From Blattabacterium cuenoti (GTDB taxonomy: Bacteria > Bacteroidota > Bacteroidia > Flavobacteriales > Blattabacteriaceae), in assembly GCA_014251975.1 (NCBI GenBank), contig CP059204.1, forward strand, positions 1-32,000: 32,000 nucleotides of DNA. The letters are read 5' to 3'. Below, in pieces: positions 26,272-32,000 of the stretch. Position numbers and translations under genes: made by a program. The notes beneath the pieces were generated by a model. That model was not told the DNA's origin, ran no database searches, and saw only the letters and a program-made list of their open reading frames with translations. Position 1 is the first letter of the stretch. Each line of letters starts with the position of its first letter.

Positions 26272-27300
26272 ATGAAAATAATAATACCAATGGCTGGGAA
26301 AGGTCTCCGTTTATACCCATATACTATAAATATGCCAAAACCATTTTTTTCTATTGCAGGACAATATATTATAAAAAGAATATTGAAAAATCTACATGAA
26401 ATAATATATACTTTTTCAGTAAAAGAAATTATTTTTATTATAAAACCATTTTATAATAATAGCAAAATAGAAAATGAATTGAAAAATTTTTCCTATAATA
26501 TAGGAATTAATCCTATTATATATTATCAAGAAAAACCTATGGGTACTGCAGATGCTTTATTAAAAGCTAAAAAATCTCTAATAGGACCAATAATAGTAGT
26601 TTTTTCTGATACTATATTTTATAACAATACTTCTTTTGAGAAGGATATTAATAAAGCATCATCAAATATTATATGGACAAAAAAAGTATCTAATCCTAAT
26701 TTATATGGTATAGTTAAATGCGATCCATACAATTCAATAATTACAAATTTTTTAGAAAAACCAAAAAATTTTGTTTCTGACTTGGCTATGATTGGATTGT
26801 ATTATTTTCAAGATGGAAGTAAATTAAAAAAAGAATTACAATGTATGTCATATACTGAGATATCACATTTTAAAGAGTATCAGTTAACCTCTGTTTTAGA
26901 AAAAATGAGGGAAAAAGGTGTAAAATTTGTAAGTAAACCAATAAAAAAATGGATAGATTTTGGAGATAAAAAAACAATTATTGCTTCTAATTCAAAAATA
27001 TTATCTATTGAACATAAAATTTATAATTTAATACATAAACAAGTATTATTAAAAAATAGTATAGTTATACAACCTTGTTCTATTGAGAAAGGTACTATAA
27101 TTGAAAATAGTATTATTGGCCCATTTGTTTCAATAGGAAAATTTTCAAAAATAAAAAATAGTAATATTAGACAGTCTATAATACAGAATTATACTTTAAT
27201 TGTGCATGCAAATTTAATAAATAGTATAATAGGGAATTATTCTAAATATAATGTAGATTCTAAAGAAGTTAATTTAGGAGATTATTCTGAAATATTTTAA
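26272..27300 (+). CDS. Sugar-phosphate nucleotidyltransferase (N-terminal NTP-transferase domain + C-terminal left-handed beta-helix)
   Basis: 342-aa ORF with the N-terminal signature IIPMAGKGLRLYPYT..MPKP. The C-terminal hexapeptide-like repeats read IENSIIGPFVSIGKFSKIKNSNIRQSIIQNYTLIVHANLINSIIGN. The specific sugar substrate cannot be assigned. Confidence 0.7.
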   Translation: MKIIIPMAGKGLRLYPYTINMPKPFFSIAGQYIIKRILKNLHEIIYTFSVKEIIFIIKPFYNNSKIENELKNFSYNIGINPIIYYQEKPMGTADALLKAKKSLIGPIIVVFSDTIFYNNTSFEKDINKASSNIIWTKKVSNPNLYGIVKCDPYNSIITNFLEKPKNFVSDLAMIGLYYFQDGSKLKKELQCMSYTEISHFKEYQLTSVLEKMREKGVKFVSKPIKKWIDFGDKKTIIASNSKILSIEHKIYNLIHKQVLLKNSIVIQPCSIEKGTIIENSIIGPFVSIGKFSKIKNSNIRQSIIQNYTLIVHANLINSIIGNYSKYNVDSKEVNLGDYSEIF

Positions 27301-27311
27301 AAAATTTTTTT

Positions 27312-27319
27312 TATATTTG
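27312..27319 (+). promoter_or_regulatory. Candidate Bacteroidota -7 promoter box (TATATTTG) upstream of tatA
   Basis: Exact TAnnTTTG match 45 nt upstream of the tatA ATG. No clear -33 TTTG. A chance match is possible in AT-rich DNA. Confidence 0.3.
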
Positions 27320-27364
27320 ATAAAAAAATACCTATTAATTAGTTTTTTATGTTAATTAAAAATC

Positions 27365-27565
27365 ATGTATATTAATATATTTCTTGGCACATTTGGTACA
27401 ACTGAAATTGTTGTTATCGTTATCCTTGCTCTTGTATTATTTGGTGGTAAAAAAATACCAGAACTTATGAAAGGTTTAGGTACAGGATTAAAAGAATTTA
27501 AAAAGGCAGCAGAAGAAAAAGTAGAAGAGGAAGAAGAAAAAAGTAATTCAAATAATAAAAAATAA
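27365..27565 (+). CDS. tatA: Twin-arginine translocase subunit TatA/E
   Basis: 66-aa ORF with an N-terminal TM helix followed by the hinge and amphipathic helix [23 protein letters not shown] and an acidic tail. This is the canonical TatA layout. Confidence 0.85.
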   Translation: MYINIFLGTFGTTEIVVIVILALVLFGGKKIPELMKGLGTGLKEFKKAAEEKVEEEEEKSNSNNKK

Positions 27566-27685
27566 AAATTTTATTATTTTTATTTTAAATAAATTACTAA
27601 TACTTATTATTCTTATATATTTTAAAATTCATTTTTTTTTAATAAAAATTATATGTTAATAAAAATTATTTTATAACAATAAAAT

Positions 27686-28681
27686 ATGAATAATAAAATA
27701 GAAAAAAGAAAAGAATATTTAAAATCTATTATAGAAAAAATGGATAAAATATATGGGAAAGGTACAGTAATGCAAATGGGTAATTCTCGTATTAAAAACT
27801 TAGAGACTATTTCTTCTGGATCAATCAGTTTGGATATAGCTTTAGGTATAAAAGGATTTCCAAAAGGAAGAATTATTGAAATTTTTGGTCCTGAATCTTC
27901 TGGTAAAACTACTTTAGCACTACATTCTATAGCAGAATCACAAAAATCAGGTGGTTTTGCCAGTTTTATAGATGTAGAACATGCTTTTGATTGTTTTTAT
28001 GCAAAAAATATAGGTGTAAACTTAAAAGAACTTATTATTTCACAACCAGATAATGGTGAACAAGCATTAGAAATAGTTGATAACTTAATAAAATCTAATG
28101 TTATAGATTTAATAGTAGTAGATTCTGTAGCAGCACTAACTCCTAAAAGTGAAATAGAAGGAGAAATGGGAGAATCAAAAATAGGACTACAAGCTAGGTT
28201 AATGTCTCAAGCTTTAAGAAAATTAACATCTAGCATAGGAAAATCAAAAAGCATATTAATATTTATTAATCAATTAAGAGAAAAAATAGGAGCATATGGT
28301 AATCCAGAAGTAACTACTGGTGGTAACGCATTAAAATTTTATTCTTCTATAAGACTAGATATAAGAAAAGGGTCTATTATAAAAATAGGAGAGAAAATTA
28401 TAGGTAATAGAACAAAAGTTAAAGTTATAAAAAATAAATTATATACTCCATTTAAAATAGCTGAATTTGATATTATATATGGACAAGGTATTTCCAATAT
28501 AGGAGAAATAATAGACTTAGGAATCTGTATTGGAATTATAAAAAAAAATGGATCTTGGTATAGTTATAAAAATTATAAATTAGGACAGGGGAGAGAAACT
28601 GTTAAAGAATATTTCAAAAATAAAAAAAATGTTTTTGAAGAAATACAAAAAAATATAATTGATATTTCTTTTAAAGAGTAA
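27686..28681 (+). CDS. recA: Recombinase RecA
   Basis: 331-aa ORF with [36 protein letters not shown] (Walker A), [10 protein letters not shown] (Walker B) and the L2 region NQLREKIG. Confidence 0.95.
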   Translation: MNNKIEKRKEYLKSIIEKMDKIYGKGTVMQMGNSRIKNLETISSGSISLDIALGIKGFPKGRIIEIFGPESSGKTTLALHSIAESQKSGGFASFIDVEHAFDCFYAKNIGVNLKELIISQPDNGEQALEIVDNLIKSNVIDLIVVDSVAALTPKSEIEGEMGESKIGLQARLMSQALRKLTSSIGKSKSILIFINQLREKIGAYGNPEVTTGGNALKFYSSIRLDIRKGSIIKIGEKIIGNRTKVKVIKNKLYTPFKIAEFDIIYGQGISNIGEIIDLGICIGIIKKNGSWYSYKNYKLGQGRETVKEYFKNKKNVFEEIQKNIIDISFKE

Positions 28682-28694
28682 ATTTAAAAATATA

Positions 28695-29468
28695 ATGAAA
28701 ATTACTTTTTTAGGAACTGGTATATCTCCAGGAGTTCCTATTATTGGATCTGATCATCCTGTTTGTTTTTCTAAAGATAAAAAAGATAAAAGACTTAGAA
28801 GTTCTATTCTTATAGAAAAAAATAATAAGAAATTCTTAATAGATTGTAGTCCAGATTTTAGGTATCAAATGTTAAGAAATAAATCTAATATACTAGATGC
28901 TATTTTTATAACTCATGAACATTATGATCACATAGGGGGATTAGAAGATATAAGACCTATTAAAAGGACAATACCTTTGTATGGATTACGTAGAGTAATA
29001 AATAATTTAAAAAAAAGATTTTTTTACATTTTTTTGAAAAATAATTATTCACATTTAAATACTTTTAAAATTTCTTTACATGAAATTGATGAAACTTGTG
29101 ATAGTTTTTTATTTGAAAAAAAATATAAAATTTTTCCTCTATTAGTATGGCATGGTAGCTTATCTATTATAGGATTTAGAATAGAAAATTTTGCATATAT
29201 CACAGACGCTAGCAAAATACCTAATAGTACAATTTATAAATTAAAAGGTGTAAAAGTATTGGTATTAAATATATTAAGAAATCAATTAAAAAAATATATT
29301 ATTGCTATTTCAGATACTATTAATATAATAAACAAAATTTCACCAAATAAAACTTTTTTAACACATATTAGTCCAATGCTAGGATTTCATGATGATGTAG
29401 AAAAAAAACTACCCAATAATATACACTTAGCTTATGATGAATTAGTAATTAATACAAAATATATTTAA
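28695..29468 (+). CDS. MBL-fold metallo-hydrolase (PhnP/GPMB-like)
   Basis: MKITFLGTG..PGVP start and the metallo-beta-lactamase HxHxDH motif THEHYDHIGG. I chose ATG 28695 rather than the ORF-track start 28659, which overlaps the recA 3' end. Confidence 0.75.
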   Translation: MKITFLGTGISPGVPIIGSDHPVCFSKDKKDKRLRSSILIEKNNKKFLIDCSPDFRYQMLRNKSNILDAIFITHEHYDHIGGLEDIRPIKRTIPLYGLRRVINNLKKRFFYIFLKNNYSHLNTFKISLHEIDETCDSFLFEKKYKIFPLLVWHGSLSIIGFRIENFAYITDASKIPNSTIYKLKGVKVLVLNILRNQLKKYIIAISDTINIINKISPNKTFLTHISPMLGFHDDVEKKLPNNIHLAYDELVINTKYI

Positions 29469-29515
29469 TTAACATTTTACATGTTATAAATTAACAACAA
29501 ATTAATAAAGCAAGT

Positions 29516-32000
29516 ATGGAATTTATAAAAAAAATTTTAAAATTTTTAAAAATAATATTATTCTCAACTAAAACAACTGCTTTTTTATTTTTATTATTTT
29601 CAATTTCTTTAGGTACAGCTACATTCATAGAAAAAAAATATTCTACTGATATAGCAAAACTATTTATTTACGAATCTACTTGGTTGGAAATTGTAATGTT
29701 ATTAATATCATTAAATTTAATAGGAAATATATATAAATATAAATTATGGAATAAAAATAAATTTCCTTTACTTATTTTTCATATATCATTTATATTAATT
29801 TTTTTGGGTAGTATATTTTCTAGATATTACAGCTTTGAGGGTATACTATATTTAAGAAAAGGAAATTTAAGTAATAAAATCACATCTCAAAAAAAGTATA
29901 TAAAATTAAATATACAAAAAAATGGAGAAAATAAGAATATAATATCTTATTATGATCAATATATTCTATCACCTTTTCATAATAAATACGAAAAAAAATT
30001 ATTTTTTAATAAAGAACCGTTAATTATAAGAATATCTAAATATATACCATGCGCAAAAATATACGCATATAAACATTTTCTAGGAGATAAAATTATTAAA
30101 ATTGTTTTTTCTGACAAAGGTAAAAGAATAGAATCATTTATAAAAAATAAACAACAAATAAAAATACAAAATATTAAATTTTCTTTTAATAAAAAAAATT
30201 CTTACGGAATAGATATAATTGAAAATAATAAAAAAATATACTTCAAATCTCCTTTCTTAGGAAAAGAAATTAATATGTATAATGGAAGTATTATACATAC
30301 TAAAAAAAATATATATATACCTCTTAAAATAAGGCACTTATATGAAACTATAATAAATTCAAAAGAAAAAATTTATTGGATAGTACCTGATCCTATATTT
30401 AAAGGGAAACTAAAATATTTTACATCATGTGATAAAGGCTCTAACGAAAATGATTCTTTAAGTTCTATAACAGCAGATGTGTTTTTCAAAGGACAACATA
30501 GATCCATTATGTTTTTAGGCGGTAGAAATACATTAAATATGAGTAATCCTATTTATATTAAAAATTATAAAATATATATTGGATATGGATCTAAACAATA
30601 TACTATACCTTTTTATTTATATTTAAAAAAATTTGAATTAAAAAATTATCCAGGATCTAATTTCCCTTCTTCTTTTATAAGTTATGTAACATTAATAGAT
30701 AATAATAAAAAGAAAAATTATTCTATATATATGAATAATGTACTAAATTATAAAGGATATAAATTTTTTCAAATAGGATATGATCCAGATAATAGTGGGA
30801 CTTATTTATCTGTAAATAATGATTATATCTCTACATACATTACTTATTTTGGATATATATTAATGAGTATTGGGATGTTATGTACTTTATTTACTAAAGG
30901 CTCAAGATTTAGTTATTTAAAAAATAAATTACACTCTTTAAAAAATAAAAATTTTTCTATATTATTATTTATTGTAATATTCATTATTTTTAATGAACCT
31001 ATTTATTGTAATAAAATAGTAAACGATTATACTTATAACAAAAATATTGAGTCAGTACATAATACTAATAATATTTTAGAAAATATTAATGTAATTAATA
31101 TTCCTAAAAAACATTCAGAAAATTTTGGTAAATTATTGGTACAAGATTACAAAGGTAGAATTAAACCAATTAATACTGTTGCTATTGATTTATTGAGAAA
31201 AATTTATAGAAAAGATACTATTGGTAATTTAGATGCTAATCAATGGTTTATATCAATTCATAAAGATAATATTTTTTGGATGAAAATTCCTTTTATTAAA
31301 ATTGATAAAAGAGGACAAGAATATATTTTAAATAAAATTAAAAAAATAAAATATAAAGGTGTTAAAGATTACGTTTCAATGATTGATCTTTATAATATTA
31401 ACCCAAATACACTACAACTTGAATATCTTTTTCAAGAGGATTATAAAAATTCTTTTTCAAAAAATCCTTCACTTAGGAATGAATATGATAAAAATATTAT
31501 TAAACTTAGTGAACGTGTCGGTATTTTACATGAAATTTTTCAAGGTAAACATATTAGAATTTTTCCTATACCAAATGATATTAACAACACTTGGACTAGT
31601 TGGTGGAATCAAGTAGATAATAAACTAAACATTAAAGGGTATTATATATTAACAAATTATTTTAAATCATTAGAAAAATCAAAATATATAAAAAATTGGG
31701 ATATTTCAAATAAAGAGATAGACAAAATTAAAAAGTTCCAAATTAAATATGCAAAAAATATTATACCTACAGATAATAAAATAAACGCAGAAATTATTTA
31801 TAATAAAATAAATATCTTTTATTATTTATCTTTTTTATATGGTATATTAGGATTAATAATAATTTTAAATTCATTTTTTAAAATTTTTTATAGAAAAAAA
31901 ATTTTAAATATTTTAAATAAAATTGGTTTATTAATTTCAGTAAATCTATTTATTTTAGATACTGTAGGGTTAATAATTAGATGGTATATTTCTGGACATG
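29516..32000 (+). CDS. ccsA: Cytochrome c biogenesis protein, fused ResB(CcsB)-CcsA type, 3'-truncated by the window end
   Basis: Not in the ORF track because it has no stop within the window. I translated every codon from ATG 29516 to 31999 by hand and found 828 sense codons with no stop. The ResB-like N-terminus reads TTAFLFLLFSISLGTATFIEKKYSTDIAKLFIYESTWLEIVMLLISLNL. The ResB C-terminal signature is YPGSNFPSSFISYVTLID...YKGYKFFQIGYDPD. A second TM block ends at GLIIRWYISGH, the start of the CcsA heme-handling domain. Confidence 0.8.
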   Translation, partial: MEFIKKILKFLKIILFSTKTTAFLFLLFSISLGTATFIEKKYSTDIAKLFIYESTWLEIVMLLISLNLIGNIYKYKLWNKNKFPLLIFHISFILIFLGSIFSRYYSFEGILYLRKGNLSNKITSQKKYIKLNIQKNGENKNIISYYDQYILSPFHNKYEKKLFFNKEPLIIRISKYIPCAKIYAYKHFLGDKIIKIVFSDKGKRIESFIKNKQQIKIQNIKFSFNKKNSYGIDIIENNKKIYFKSPFLGKEINMYNGSIIHTKKNIYIPLKIRHLYETIINSKEKIYWIVPDPIFKGKLKYFTSCDKGSNENDSLSSITADVFFKGQHRSIMFLGGRNTLNMSNPIYIKNYKIYIGYGSKQYTIPFYLYLKKFELKNYPGSNFPSSFISYVTLIDNNKKKNYSIYMNNVLNYKGYKFFQIGYDPDNSGTYLSVNNDYISTYITYFGYILMSIGMLCTLFTKGSRFSYLKNKLHSLKNKNFSILLFIVIFIIFNEPIYCNKIVNDYTYNKNIESVHNTNNILENINVINIPKKHSENFGKLLVQDYKGRIKPINTVAIDLLRKIYRKDTIGNLDANQWFISIHKDNIFWMKIPFIKIDKRGQEYILNKIKKIKYKGVKDYVSMIDLYNINPNTLQLEYLFQEDYKNSFSKNPSLRNEYDKNIIKLSERVGILHEIFQGKHIRIFPIPNDINNTWTSWWNQVDNKLNIKGYYILTNYFKSLEKSKYIKNWDISNKEIDKIKKFQIKYAKNIIPTDNKINAEIIYNKINIFYYLSFLYGILGLIIILNSFFKIFYRKKILNILNKIGLLISVNLFILDTVGLIIRWYISGH

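Noticed and set aside
28659-28694. Upstream start for the MBL-fold hydrolase overlapping the recA 3' end
   Set aside because: ATG 28695 gives the family-typical MKITFLGTG N-terminus and avoids a 23-nt overlap with recA.
31383-31616. 77-aa plus-strand ORF from the track
   Set aside because: It is out of frame within the long ccsBA reading frame, which is open through this region and has family features.
1-32000. Alternative genetic code (TGA as Trp), as seen in some tiny symbionts
   Set aside because: TGA ends mreD, lnt, clpP and the thiamine pyrophosphokinase at family-appropriate lengths. Trp is encoded by TGG throughout the ORFs I read.
1-32000. CRISPR arrays, transposases or IS ends, integrases, prophage genes, toxin-antitoxin or defence islands
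   Set aside because: There are no spaced repeat arrays and no ORFs with such motifs. Every ORF of 100 aa or more is assigned to a housekeeping family or to a decayed version of one.

Overview
This window is an extremely AT-rich (about one-fifth G+C by eye, not computed), tightly packed stretch of a reduced bacterial genome. It uses the standard code: TAA, TAG and TGA each end ORFs at lengths normal for their families. Several clues point to a Flavobacteriales (Bacteroidota) insect endosymbiont of the Blattabacterium type, though the taxon cannot be fixed from sequence alone. These are a fused ResB-CcsA cytochrome c biogenesis ORF, Flavobacteria-like N-termini on several proteins, a tmRNA tag shaped like GENNYALAA, and TAnnTTTG -7 boxes. 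Gene order: nusA-infB-aspS (+), ppa (-), nnr (+), then one minus-strand string mreB-mreC-mreD-mrdA-rodA-ssrA(tmRNA)-lnt. This is followed by a folK-like ORF, truA, thiamine pyrophosphokinase, mdh (-), gcvP, tsaD (-) and a decayed Lrp/AsnC regulator. The remainder is a 478-bp gene-free spacer, tRNA-Ser/Pro/Arg, clpP (-), a polysaccharide flippase, a dUTPase-derived ORF, a sugar nucleotidyltransferase, tatA, recA, an MBL-fold hydrolase and a ccsBA ORF that runs off the window end and is missing from the ORF track. I found no CRISPR array, mobile element, toxin or defence locus, or novel multi-gene system, so this is core housekeeping DNA. The points worth a second look concern genome erosion and compaction. 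They are one clear pseudogene, two ORFs that stay open but have lost catalytic motifs (dut-like, folK-like), an lnt gene with no usable start codon outside the tmRNA gene, several TTG starts, and overlapping convergent gene ends.
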